Of a stretch of DNA of 64,000 nucleotides, positions 23,834-37,449 are shown in pieces (position 1 is the first letter of the stretch; each line of letters starts with the position of its first letter). The DNA lies in the NCBI GenBank assembly GCA_047967505.1, contig CM106538.1. One strand, 5' to 3'. Both the position numbers and the translations under genes were made by a program. The stretch is from Dipteris shenzhenensis (Eukaryota). The notes below the pieces were generated by a model. That model was given only the letters and a program-made list of their open reading frames with translations, was not told where the DNA came from and searched no databases.

Positions 23834-26069
23834 TGTTAGGGCTCCCTAACTCTTGTTAATCTCCTACAGTGATTGCTTGCATGGCCAATAGAAAAGGAGT
23901 GATAAAATGTGACAAGGGGTCCCTCCCAAGAAAAAAACATAAGCTTTCCTTTAGTTCCCTTGCAATTTTAGCTACCAATTGCTGTCTTTACTGGAAGCAT
24001 CTGTGTCTTTGGTGGTTGTCACCTAATCCTCTCAATCGAGTGATCACTTGAGCATCAATTATCTCTGGCAGCTCGACTGAAATTGCTTGGCATTCTGGAT
24101 CCACTTCCTTCCTTTCCATATTATTCTTAAGGAATTTTAAAAATTTCACCCAGATTGGACAATCAAAACGCATATGATTTTATCGACAACAAAAGCACTT
24201 GATTTTAGATGGATCAGTCTTCTCTTCACCATTCGTCCCTTTGTCCTTCTACTCGGGATGTGGTGGTTTATCGCTTAGTGGTTGAGTATCAATTGCCACT
24301 TGGTCTGCTGACACTTGGCAATTTTTACCATTGAACCAACAATCTGACTTATCATGCCCAAATTTGGTACAGGTATTATAATACTTGCTCTTCCTCTTCC
24401 ACATGTCCACCTGTGGAACACCTGTTACACCATTTCTCATTATTACCTGGCTTACCTCGAATGCACAATTCTTTCAAGGCCTCCTTCAGCTCGATTTTTA
24501 GTTTGTGTTTTTTTGTTGGCATCTCCTCAGTGTCACTGTCAAAATCTTTCTTCTTTACCTTATTTTTTGAGCCTTACCTCTTCTCCAAAGCAAAAGCTCG
24601 ATTTAATAGTTCCTCATAGGTTCTAGTCGGGTTGAGCATCTATGGCTTGCGCAAATCTATCTGGGTACAACTGTGATTAACAAGGCTTGATAAACTTGTC
24701 ATCCAAAACGGTACTCAACTGATTGAAGAGAGCTTGCATCCTAAACACAAAGCCTTGGAAAGATTCTCCCTTGTTTTGCTTTAATTCACTAAGCTTTGTC
24801 CTCACATTATCCTTGTTGATCTCCTGCAAGAACCTTCGCAAGAATGTTTTGAACATTGCATACCAATCGAGGAAATACCCAATTGGGAACTGATTGAACC
24901 ACCTTTGAGCATTTTTAATTAAGGTACATGGAAGATAATCCATATACTCTTCATCTATTGTTGCACCATTGATGTGACAGACATGCAAAAAACTCTACAA
25001 GTGACTGTAGGGATCTTCCTCGTTTGTGCCTTTGAAAATTTGGAATTTTACCTTGATGTTGAATCTGGACTTAAACTTTGCATCATGTGTGAAATTTACA
25101 CCCCTCTGACATGGCCCTACATTATGCTCTCCAAAACCTGAGTAGGCAGGCCTTCCACTCAGAAGGATCGAGTCACTAGCCTTCCATCTGTCATAACCAC
25201 CTTCATGGGTGTGAGGTCATTGTAGACTCTCCTTGACATGGTTGGTACTATCTTCAGGCCTCAAAGGCACAGCTTGACGTACCCCTATTGGCCAAGTCAT
25301 AATTCTGTCTATGGCTTTCATGTTTGGCCGCATATCTTCTTTGTTTTTTCGAGCAGGTGTCAACCATTGATTAGGGTAGAAAGTATTTTAATAGCAATCT
25401 GAGTACTCTCTGTATTCCTCATCAACTTGGAATTCAATTGACCCTCCCAAGCAGGATCACCAAAATGTTAACGCTCTGGTTCCCTCAACCTATTGACTCA
25501 GAAAGCACTCAATGATAACCCAACCCAGTGTTGCGCTCGGTGAAGGTGCTCTCTTGCAACCCTAAGGTAGACATGCTCGGGTGCACAAGAGATGCCAACA
25601 TATATGCTCGAGGTCAAGGATAGCTATTGCAGGAGAACTGTGATGATGACGGGAGAATACTGAGTCATGTACACACTTTAAAACACTTAGAATATAAAGT
25701 GTAAATAGCAACAAAGTCGAATATTAGGCAATCAAAATTAACTTATATTGAATCAAATCAACTTGATTACAACCAAGCTGCCTTGGCTTACAGTGAACAC
25801 TCCCTATCCTAGCAAGCTCAAGTCAGAGGAAGAGAACTCGAGCTGCTCTCTTGTTCTCTCCTTTGCTTGCTACAACCCTACCTAAGGAACCGTCTTCCAA
25901 AAAGATATGCTCACAGTGCACCAACCTCCATCTACTAATTGGTGGTGACACTGCAATCGTCTAAACCTATGCTACGAAATTGGTGATTGGCTAAGACCAC
26001 CACTTCCATCCAAAGTCGGCACTCGATGACCACATGCGACGCCATGTTAGCCTAGCCTAGGGGCTAACA
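23834..26069 (-). mobile_element. Gypsy-type gag remnant bounded by TGTTAG...CTAACA
   Basis: Retrotransposon gag-like peptide (LPCTLIKNAQRWFNQF...FLRRF, 24677-24988). Zinc-knuckle-like CTKFGHDKSDC (~24340-24375) and a second degenerate one near 24160-24200. No pol and no TSD seen. Confidence 0.65.
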
Positions 26070-27580
26070 AGCAAGATTCGAGCTCCTAGTGCCTTAGTGA
26101 GAGATACGAGGCCGTGAGGCTCTGATCCTGCAGGATATGGAGGTGTGGAGGGTGGAGTTCTCTTATCTCATGCTCGGTGGATGCAGCAAGGGGATATGAT
26201 GTCTTGGTAGTTTTTCCAAGCCACTAGGCCACATTTAGTAGGGATGTAGCTACAGTGGCGGCGGCTGAGAGACACACAGTGTCAGATGCACATGAACCCC
26301 CAGAAGATTTTGGAGATGACCACGGATTTTTATAGGTAGTATTTTGAGTCAAAGGAGGAGACCCTGCCTTGTGGCCAGGGAGGTAGTATGGGAGCAGGTC
26401 CCATTGGTGGCATCTCTAAGCTTGAGCAAGCGCTTAGAGGCCCCTTTCATAGAGGAGGAGCTCTAGGAGGCTCTTAAGGCCCTTCCTCCTCAAAAGTGCC
26501 GGATGGTCTGACTCCAACTCTTTCTCTTCTTCTAGGAGAGGATTCTCACTCCGCTCAATGGGCATGCCAAGATATTTTTTATACAACCCTCCCTGAGCCG
26601 TGGTTGGATCTATTTACTCCCAAAAGAGGGGGACAGAGTGAACATTTGGTAGTGAGACCAATTACCCTATCAGACATTGCATACAAGATCTTAGCCAAGG
26701 TCTTGAGCTTGTGGTTAAGGCCCCAGCTTCCAGACATCATTCATAACACACAGATTGGCTTTGTTTGGGAACACAACATCCTAGATGACATCTTTACATT
26801 TTGGGAGGCAGTGGATTGGGCCAGGGAGGAGACATAGCCTCTCGCTAGTCCTTCCTAGAGGGCATGATGCAAAGATTGGGCTTTTTAGTGAGATGAATCA
26901 GAGGGATTTCAACCATCTATGCAGGGAGCTCTAGTCATGTGTGACCATTGGAGGCCACACGGGAGAGCCCTTTCTTTTGTCTCACTCAGTTTGGTAGGGT
27001 TGCCGGCTCACCCCCTTCCTTTTCCTCTTTGTGGCTTAGGCAGTGGGCTATTTTCCTCACTCTTAGGCCAATGGCCTCTTTGGCATGAGACTCCACTAGG
27101 AGGATGAGATGCTAGACTTAGAGTTTGCAAATGATACATCTTTATTTGTGGAGGGGACTATGGGGAGCCTTGAGATGATCAGGGGTGCCTTGACCACTTG
27201 TTGGAAGGCCTTTGCAGTAGAAATCAACTAGACCAAATTAATTGGATTCTTCACAGGTAAGGAGGGAGTTTAGGAGATTAGTGACTGGGGGGTAGCCCTT
27301 GGCTTTAGGTGGACCCCACGGGGGTAGATAGTGAGATACCTAGGATGTCAGGTGGGGATAAATATCTCAGTAGTAGACGCCCCATTTCTTGAGAGCATTA
27401 GGCATAAGCTTCTTTATTCAAGTTCTCTCTTGCAAGTAGAGCCCTAATGGCAAATCATGTCTTAGTCGCAACATCCTAGTATATTGAATGCATGGGCTAG
27501 CTCAAAAGATTGGTGCAAAATTTTTTCTAGGCGGGGGCTCGGATGGTACAAGGAACACTAAAGTTGTTGGGATCAATCAC
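26070..27580 (+). mobile_element. L1-type LINE ORF2 remnant (RT)
   Basis: ARWMQQGD, RPITLSDIAYKILAKVL...IIHNTQIGFV, EFANDTSLF, VRYLG; many stops and frameshifts. Confidence 0.85.
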
Positions 27581-28476
27581 CATGTTAATGCTGGGTGCTG
27601 ATGGTGCTTTGATCTCTGCTGCTACCATCCTATTTGCTTTAAAATTTTCTTGTTCTTGTTGAAACCATTGCTTTAAGGCTTGGTAGTGCATCTTTTCAGT
27701 TTCAGCATTGGGGTAAATTCTATGTAGATATGACACAGAACAGTATACAAGCGAAGTGCCACAATGTTGATGAAGTTGGTTAGGAATGTATATTTACCTG
27801 ATGTAGCAAAAGCCATGCTCGTAGAGCTGTTTCAAAGCTGAGTCTGAGGGCTTTATCACAGGGGTTGAAAAAGCTTTTCACCGAACCTATCCCCCTATTA
27901 AGAATAGGGGGGCATGAGCAACTGTTCACCTCTTAATGTCACTCTCTGTTGGGTTAAGTGTGATCAAGGGCTTGCTCTAAGGTGCATGTGTGAATTTAGG
28001 GGAGTCAAATGTGTGTGTGTGTGTGTGTCTGTGTAGTAGAAGCACACCTAGTGCTATGAGGTGTCTAGTCTATGACCTAAGTGATGATGTAAGCAGAAAG
28101 GCCCCCACATGGAAGGTTCCTTTGATTTAGACTAGTCCCATTGATGTAGGGGCTGATTGCCACTGATGTAGGGGAGGTGCCTACACCTTCCTCTCACTCT
28201 ATATAATGGAGGATGTTCCTTCATTCTAATGCAAGGATTTTGCCTCTTGCCTCACTTGAGCTCTCTCTCTTTGCACCATGATGCATCTATTCTATCCCAC
28301 ATACTTCTACACTCTCCCCCTATTCTACTGGTGGAATAGGGGATTGCAGTTTTTGGAATGCACTTGATAGGAATCGTATAGTTTATTGAATGCATTTGAT
28401 AAAATAAAGCATATTTTTATGAAAGGAATACATCTATGTCAAAGCTTCAAGTTGATGTATTAGGGGGATATTGAAA

Positions 28477-28654
28477 AATATTGAAGATCACTTGCCTCTC
28501 AAGTATCCAAGAATATTGAAGAATACTTCAAGCTCCTTGCATCTCAAGCATCCAAGAATATTGAAGATCACTTGCCTCTCGAGCATCCAAGAATATTGAA
28601 GAATACTTCAAGCTCCTTGCATCTCAAGCATCCAAGAATATTGAAGATCACTTG
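28477..28654. repeat. Tandem repeat, 80-bp period (about 2.2 copies, built from CATCCAAGAATATTGAAGA subunits)
   Basis: AATATTGAAGATCACTTG starts at 28477, 28557 and 28637. Confidence 0.85.
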
Positions 28655-28999
28655 GAAGCTTCAAGTTGATGGCCTCCCTACCATATTTCGCCGGCGGAAT
28701 AGGAAGAGAGGCAACACTACATCACTTGGAGGCTACATCACATCTGGCTAGTGCATCTGGGAATGTCCAACTGGGCTTCAAGTTGATGGCCTCCTTTCCC
28801 TATTCCGCCAGTGGAATGGGGGAGAGGCAACACCATTTTAGTGTTCTTACTGCTCTTGGGCCTGTAGGGTGCCAAGCATCTTTGCTATCCTTTCCATGTC
28901 TCCCTTACTGTTCCACTCATGTGTGTTGAAAATAGCACTTGTGTTAACCATATAAAAGCGCTTGGGACAATCCCAGAATCAGGAGGTGCTGCTGCTAGG

Positions 29000-31900
29000 A
29001 CTTTTGGGAAAAACCTAGCATTAGGAGGTGCTCCTAACTGAGCCCCAAATAGTGCTTGTGTTAGCCTCGTGCCTCCAAGCCCTAAGCTATTTGGGGCTCA
29101 AAACCTGGAGTGGCGAGGCCAATCTTGGGCTACTTGCGGCTTGATCATCGAGAGGCAAATAACCACAATAACCACATTTTGTGGCAATTTGCAACCTGAA
29201 CCTGTGACCGTTGGGATATTTGGGACTCAAACTCCGTGAGCGTGTACTGTATTCTTCCATGGCTGCAACCATTGAAGTAAATCATTACCTAGCATTCTCT
29301 GACTGTACTCTGTGGATAATAACATGCCCCCCTTCCTGTTGTTGCTGAGCCGCCCTCGGATCAACCGCACTGGAGGAGGTGTGTGGAGAGGACCGTTTGG
29401 AGGACTGTATAGCGGTCCAATTGGTGTGGAGTGAGCCGATTCAGGTATACGAGCAGAACTTTCAAAAATGGCTGGCATGTATGTCCTTGTACGAGCGGAT
29501 GTGGTGGCCGTGGAGACTGCAAACACAGAGGTAGAGGCGGAGGTCTTGAAATTGTGTGGGACCGATGTAGGGGCTGAAGACAATTTGATTGGTCAGATTT
29601 TGGAGGCAGTTGTCAATGGGGCGACTGTGGGGGGGAGGTCACGGAGGAGTAGGAGGAGAAGGTGGTTGAAGTGGACCGTTGCAATGATGGTTGGATCGGG
29701 TATTGAGTCATACGTGTTGTTGAATGACTAGAGACAGAAGCAAAATCCCTCCTGCATCATCTCTTTCGGGAAGTTGTACTTGGGAAAATTGTACAACATG
29801 TTGGGGTCCTATTGCTAGAGCTCACAGAATTTGGCCCAAGTCCATCGTCATTCCATTGGCATGTACAAGGGGTGGATCCAGTGATCGTCATGGGTACTAC
29901 GGTAGTACTACCAAAATTGCTCCTTTTTTAGGAAGGGGATGTGCAAGCAAGGCTATAGATCGGCATCGGCATTGATCAGGGGAATTGGAGCATCGGGAGC
30001 GAGGTGGTAACCTCCTCTTGTGCGCATTGGATGGGCGTGTTGCTAGTCATTGAAGGACTGGGTGATGAACTGCGTGAGTGGGCGCACCTCCAAGATTTCA
30101 TAGAGGTGGAGGTGGGAGACTTCAATTTGCTGCCTCCAATGGTGCATGAGAGCACTATTCGGCAGTTCTTGGAACGACTGCAGGTTGGGACGCCACTGTA
30201 CATTTTTGGGCAGGGGGAGGGAGGAGCTTCAAGAACCTCATCATCTTCAATTGGCATTGGTTCCTCCTCCGCTGTCCCTATGGGGGTTGTATCAATGGGT
30301 GTCTATACAAAATTGGCTGCCTTAAGCAGCATGTTGAGGGCCTCTTCTGGGAGTTCGACCGGAGTAGTAGATGAGATGGATGGGGAGGTCCCATGCTATG
30401 CGGTGGTGGTGATAGAGGCGTTGGAAGAATATTTAGGCAGATTGCTGCAAAGAAGGGGGGGCGGGGGAGGTTGGGAAGCTTACTGGGTGGGCTGTCTGGA
30501 TCTAGTGGAGGTGGTTGTGGAATTTCAGCAAGAGGGTAGAATTAAATAATTTAATGGCTTCTTGGCCTTCCTCCTCGACAACTTCATTGGGATATGCTAT
30601 ATGAATTGTTTCAAAATTTCTCACCAAGGACTCAAGTGAGTCTTGGAGAGCTTGTAGTGCCCGATTAAAGAGTATATTATGCCGAGGTGATCGTAGGTGG
30701 TGGGCATTGATGTTTTTATCAAAGCTATATATATATATATATATTAATATAAAATATTGGTGAAAGTTCATCGATATATTTTTTATAGTTTCACAATATC
30801 GATAGCAGATAGCACATTTTTATATATTTTCTTTTGAATTTATAAGTAAAATATGTAAATCCTCGTGAAACTTAAAAAATTTTCACATAAAAGTTTCAAA
30901 TCCTGGCGAATGTTTCAAACATTTATTTTTATTCGGGCATATAAACTTTCGACACCAATTTAAAAGTTTCTTTTCTTAACAAAATTGACATGAAAAAATC
31001 ATCCTTGGTGGTGGGCTGGTAAGCCACGAGATGCCCTTGAGTTTGTATTGTGGAGGCTCGGCCATAGGTCTGCATCCAATTAATGTCAGCTTGCAGACTA
31101 TCTGGGGTGCAGACCCACCTGAGCTCCTCGGCCTTTGATATTTACATCACATCATCGTCTGCAGGATAACTTGTGGACTCCGTGATGATGCAGCACCATG
31201 CTTGGAAATTAAGTAGAATGGGATGGGCGGTGAGATAGTGATCCAAGAGCTTTGGTGCCCTGCGTTTAAGCCGCTCCATACCTTATCATTTCGGTTGCAG
31301 AATCGGAGGCTTCACGTATGAGGTCAGAGGGGAAAAGGAGATAGAGGCTAGATGGTTGAAGATCTAATGTGAGAAATAGGACATGGTGAGAATGGGGTGG
31401 CAATGATTGGGGTTACGGCAATGGAGGATGGTTTGGAGGGTGTTAGAAGGGAGTGGGGCTGTGAGATTGAGGCAAAAAATAAGATTTTGTGTGCGGAGTG
31501 CATCGAAGTGCATTTGGAGTCTCTGGGGGATAGTGCGTGGGGTGAGTGTATATGTGGCTCATTGTGCGCAGAGCTCCCTGTAGATCCGAAATTCTTGCTA
31601 CTCAAGGGGAACCACCGAGGCCATTTTCTCGAGCTCGGGGGTTGTAATTTGGAATCTTATTCTCTCTGGAACATCAATGTTGGCCAGGATGTGCATCCAG
31701 GTCTGATAGAATTTTGGGTCAAGAAGAGGTGCACACCTAATTTCATCGGACTGTTTTTCATCCTCTGCCCTCTCACAGTGTTGGAACAGCTTCAGGGATG
31801 TTGTCCAGATCGTTGTATTCGATTCCAGAGCAAAAAGGTGTCCTTACAGTGGGTGGGCCTTGTAGGTGCACAAGTGCATTTGCAGGATTTGTTCCTCATG

Positions 31901-32340
31901 CCGCAAATAGATGTTATCGGTACGCTAGTCGTGTATGAGCCCGGACATTTGTAAGAAGGGTTTGCCTAGGATGGCTTCATATCCCGACTGCTGGGTGAAG
32001 TTCATGACTACGAACCTAATGGGGTACATGAATCCGAATACTTTAATGTTGATACCCGCCGTAAGGACTCCCAAGGGTTCAGCAGTTTCACCATCGGCCA
32101 ACTTCACCACCAGATGGGTTTGCTTGAGCATAGGTTTTCCCCACTTTACCCATCATTCATTGGTACAGACACTCACTCCCGCTCCCCCATCCAAGAGGGC
32201 ATCAACCTTTTGGTGCTGATATGTTATGGGGATAGCCGTGTTTGTGTCATCACCTTTGAAGTGTTGGCCTAGCTTAATGATGGGAACCTTGGGTAAGTTC
32301 AACCCCTCCTTTGGCGATTGGTCAGCCTTAGGCTTGATTG
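29000..32340 (-). mobile_element. Degenerate gypsy-like internal region with aspartic protease remnant
   Basis: KVDALLDGGAGVSV...VKLADG...YEAILGKPFL at ~31925-32230. Extent of the element uncertain. Confidence 0.55.
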
Positions 32341-35300
32341 TAAAGATTGATGGAGGTTCTCACCTCCATGGGAGTCCAAGGGTTTAGAAGGGAATTTCAG
32401 GGTTAGAAAGGGGGACAGGGTTGAGAGAGTTAACTAGGAGTTCTAAGGTTCAGAGGGAGTTAGAGGGTTTAGGAGGAGTCCAAGTTTGAGGAGTGGAGAG
32501 CCAGTCTCCTTCGCAAATTCAAGGGGTAAGGGTTGAGGAGGAGGGACAAGGAAGGAGGAGGAAGAGAAGGGAGGAGGAGGAGGAGGAGGGAGGAGGAGGA
32601 GAAGGGAGGAGGAGGAGATGGAGGAGAAGGGTGAGGGAGGAGGAGGAGGAGGAGGAGGAGGGAGGAAGGAGGAGAAAGAAGGAGGAGGAGGGAGTACAAG
32701 GGTAGAGAGTGCAAGGGTAAGGGCATGCTAGAACATGATAGTGTGAGAGAGCATGGACGCAATGGAGATGAATTGCATGAACACAATAGTGAGCTTGAAC
32801 ACTGAACCCCAAAGAGTGGGAGCTTCATTCCATTGAGAGATATTTGTACATGTTGGTCTCTACACAATTCATAGGTACCTCCGTGGTGGGACCTCTTTTG
32901 TAGGAGACCTTTTGGATAGGAGTCCCTCCACTTTTGGGGGGGGACCTTTTGGGTCTCTACACAAAGTGGGGGGACCTTTTGGGTCTACACAAAGTGGAGG
33001 GACCTCCGAAAGTGTAGGCTTTTAGTCTTTCTTTCTCTAGATTTAGTCTTTCTCTCTCTAGATCCTGATTTTGCAAGTATGATTGGATCTTTTCTAGAGA
33101 GGATTTTGGCTATCCTCATCCTTGAAGATTTATCATACCATCTTTCAGGCTCAAGATATTACAAGCGGAGCTTTGCTGCTACTCTACACACACAATTCTC
33201 TCATAGTTGTCCTAGACTGCACTTTTGGCCCTTGTTGCCATAGGGTTAACAACTCCCCTGGACCGCTTGATTACCCATCCTCGGGTTATGGTTGGGTCTG
33301 CAGATGATGTTGTGATGTGGTTGTCTTTACCCAATGAGTATGGTAAAGATGGCGGCGGTGATAGATGGAGCGAGCTTCTTGTCAATCTTTTCCTTGTAAT
33401 CCACGAACACCATAGATTGCTTGCTCGGTTTTTAAGAAGCCAATGTCAACCATTTCTTCAAACAGACACACATAATGCCCTTGAAGAGATATGGCCCTTT
33501 GAAAGAGGCAACTTGTTGTTTGAGCATCTATCTGTTGATTTGGATTGAAGTTGAGGTTGGGCAAATGGTCGTCAACGGTGAGGGACACCTCCAAGATGAC
33601 TGCTAAGGCTTCACTGTATCTTGGACTTTCCTTGAGTGTTTTGTCATAGTTGCTTTGCATAATTGATGCATGTCTGTCCAAGGCTCTAATGAGTGTTTCC
33701 TAGCTTGTCCATTTGATTTTAGAGTCTCTGTTGATTAACAACCAATTGCGAGGAGCATCTACTTTATCTGGATCATGATGATTGGCATCCCACTGGTAGC
33801 GATGGGGCACCGCATCAAATGTGGGATGCATGCGAAAGGAAGATGGAGCCTGCATGTATTCAAGGAGGGACTTTTCATTGAGTGGCTTTGGTCTACGCCA
33901 AGCAGGCTATGGCTCCAATTTCATGCTGATGTTTGGAGTGATTTGTGCTTGGCAGATACTCATTGAAATTTCAGAGAGGTCCCATCCTCCTCTTGACTGC
34001 ATGTTTGGGTATTGCCTCCAAAAATCACCAATGGGATTACCAGGCATGGGAATCCTATCTTATCTTGTTGCAACTCTCTTGTGGGTGTGCGGATTGGATT
34101 ATCCAATTCTTGAAGCTCATTGATGGAATCATTAATGGTGTCTTCCATTGAAAACTCAAGGGATATTGGAGGAACATGTGGTCTTGGGGGAGAGGAAGAG
34201 GTTATAGGGGAAAAGCTTGAGGTCAAAGCAAGTAGTGAATTTAAGAAGGTAAAAGTAGGGATGTTGGTGGTAAGTGGAGGGAGAGCACGGTAAATTGATT
34301 TAGCAACTTGATAATCCTCAAGGGATGGATTGTCAAGTGTTGGAAAAAAGTTATGTGTAACTGGATGATAGGAGTTAGATTCTTGGATTAGGTGATAGTG
34401 TTGAGAGGCATGGCTAGGAATATGAATTAGCATGGATTTCTGGAAAGGTATGGAGGATAGTACTGGAGTTAGGTAGGGATGTGAGTAGATCAGAATAGAG
34501 AGTGGCAAGATAGGGGAGATTAGATTGAAGGTAGATCACATATTTCTCTTGCAGATCCTTGTCGCTTCTAGTAGGTATTGACAGCTTTAATTTTGGATTC
34601 TTCTGGGAGTTGTATCCCATGGAAGTTGCTGTTCTGATGATTGTTGCAGTAAAGGTAGGAGTCTACTACTCGAAGAGGGGGGCTTCCCATCAAGCATTGA
34701 TATAGTAGTGTTGCATCAGCCTTTAACTGTATGAGATTTGCATGCATTGAGAGACAGAACACATTCCTCTCGTCTTCATCCATGTGTTGGCATAGATCTC
34801 GGAGAGTCTTTGTGCTTATTGGTCTGGTCCAATCAAGACGAGATATGGCATGTAACATTTTGATTTGCAAGTTTTTCCAGAGTATGCATATTCTTCCTTC
34901 AAGGTGATCCTCTTAAGTACTAGAGGACTGCAACAAGCTCTTGGTATAATGTAGTGATGCCTTGTAGCAAAAGATCTTGTGCTAACCCCTTCGCATCGTC
35001 ATCGGCTTGATCCAGTAGTTGAATTTCCAACTTGGAAATTATTGCTTTTTGATTTTTCCACTCCATGCACTTATCTTTATACTTACCCAATGTGGAGGTG
35101 TATGCAAGCTTTAGACTATTGAATTGTTGAGATGCTTTTGGATGCCCTGGAAATTGATCATTAAGCACACGGAGTTGGAGTATCTCTTGTTCTTGAGCGT
35201 CCAGTTCTACTTTGGTGTGCACAATTCTCTCTCTTGATGCCATGCATTCTTTCTCTAGTGCTGGAATTTGACGTTCACCCTCATTGAGGCTATTTTGCAA

Positions 35301-35574
35301 CTCATTGTTTGTGTCTAATGTGGCATGGAGCTGATCCTCTTTAAGTAGTAATCTTTCATTTAATTGTACCAATTCCTTCTTGATATTATCACGTGGCTTG
35401 CATATGGGAGAGGGATAACTCGACCTTTTCCTTTTGGTTCAAGGTAGAGAAACCGTGGCTTGTAGGGCATCCTTTCTACTTTCTGCTAGAGCATTTTGTG
35501 TAAGGAGCTATTGCTGCATTTGTTCTGCCATGCTTTCCTTGAGCTTCATAATTTCAGTCTTGGCCCCTTGCAAC

Positions 35575-36560
35575 TTGAATTGGAATGATGGGAGCATATA
35601 TCTTTCCATTGTGCTATGGCCGTACACTATTTTTAGTAGTTTGAAACTACTAAGGATGCTAAGGAAAGTGTTGTGTAACTAAAGGCAACCAGCTATGGAA
35701 GTCTCTCTTGGCAGCCTTTGACACCATCAAAAGTCATATGTTATTCTCTGGGAGAGGTTCCTTCATGTGTTTGGACTCAATCTGGGTCTCTGTTATACAC
35801 ATAAATGATTTTTTGGAGGATGAATTATCACTGCCTACCTTTTGTTCAAGAAGGGTTTGCAAACTTGTAGAAAACTGTGGGTGAAGGAGCAGATGAGTTG
35901 GATGACATGGCTAGAAGTTAGGAGACATTTCAGACTACCAAATCAAGTCACAGACCTGGTCAGAAAGAGATTCGCTTTGTGGGAAGGCAGTCTCCAATGG
36001 AAAGGAGGAACAATTCTTACTTTTCCATGAAGTTCAGCTGGCTGGACTTTGCCAGCTGGAGTTCTTACTTTTCCATGGAGTTCAGTTGGCTAGACTCTAC
36101 CCACCTTCCCATCTGAACTCCCAGAGAGGAGATAGCCAGAGCCTTGAACAACAGATGGAACTTGTATGATAGATCCAGTTTGGAAAGCTACGTTCATTAA
36201 AGTTTGGGACAAATCCATACGTGAAAAAAAGTCGAGCCTTATGTGGCTGATTTTACACAAAGCTATCTGGACAAATGAAAGGGTTCTCAAGATTGGCAAG
36301 GGTGTGTTGTCCGTGAGTAAAGAAGATATTTTTCATTTGTTGTGGCCTGCCCTTATGTTAGCAGGCTATGGAAAACTACCCAAATTCTTTTAGGGGAACC
36401 TCTGAATTAGAAGTCTATACTCCTTGGGGATGCCTATAAAGTCAAGCAGTCTTTTTGGACTACAGTTAGGGCACATGCACTTTGGTATTTATGGATTTCT
36501 AGAAATGCTTGTTAGAACTGTCCTTTTTGGGACTGCAAGCATGCTGATAACTTCTCTCTT
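35575..36560 (+). mobile_element. LINE ORF2 3' remnant (zf-RVT-like region)
   Basis: VWDKSIREKKSSLMWLILHKAIWTNERV...EDIFHLLW. Confidence 0.7.
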
Positions 36561-37449
36561 GCTGAGGGAATGGATGTGTCATGCGCTACTAGTTGTTGAA
36601 CCCCTGCGGTGTATCTACATCATTTGTTGTCACAATAAATGGAGTCAAATTCATGCATACATGTGATGGCCGCACATCACGAGAAGTAGTCAATGTTGAT
36701 GTAGATGGAAGTGCCGCATGCTGAGGGCTTACCTACAAATATGTCCAATCAAAAAGTCGAGTCTGATCCATTGCAGCCTATGTTGCATCTGTTCCCATTG
36801 TTCTCTCACGAAATTGTATACTAATACATACCCTTATGAAACAAAAGGTCAAAGAAGGTTTTCTTTTCACTCACGGATTGCATGCAGAGTCATGACTATA
36901 TATCGTCAGTGGTCACTATGATGTAGCTATGAATAGCTGCATACTAGTGCTCTGTGCTTACCCCTGTACCATCGAGATTATCTACCCATGAGAACATTAT
37001 GATCTACCACTGTGGGGCTTATGCTGAACTTGTCAATCTATAATACTCCCTCTCAAGACAAAGTGTTTTGCAACCATCATTCGACCTGTGTGGATTGAGA
37101 GTACTCAGAACGTGCATGCCAAAAGATCAAGTATGTCATAAAATGATGACAACATTGTGTCGAGAAGTGGTGGTAAACAGAGGAAACACGTGATCTGCCA
37201 CAAGTTCGGCAAAAGATGTAGGGCCCAACCTAAAGGTAGAACAAGCTATGACTATCATAGGAAATTCCTTTCCAGCCACTGTGTCCCAATGGAAAGGTAA
37301 ACATCATAACTTAAGATATGCAATGATAATAATTTAAGACGTTTATGGCCATTATGGCTTGATGGAAAACCACCATTACTACAAAACTTGAACCATGTAT
37401 GATTAGGTGTGTGCTATATCGAACCACCATATACGCATTAAGAAAATTG

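Noticed and set aside
28477-28654. CRISPR-like repeat-spacer pattern
   Set aside because: The apparent spacers themselves repeat with an 80-bp period, the context is eukaryotic, and there are no cas genes.
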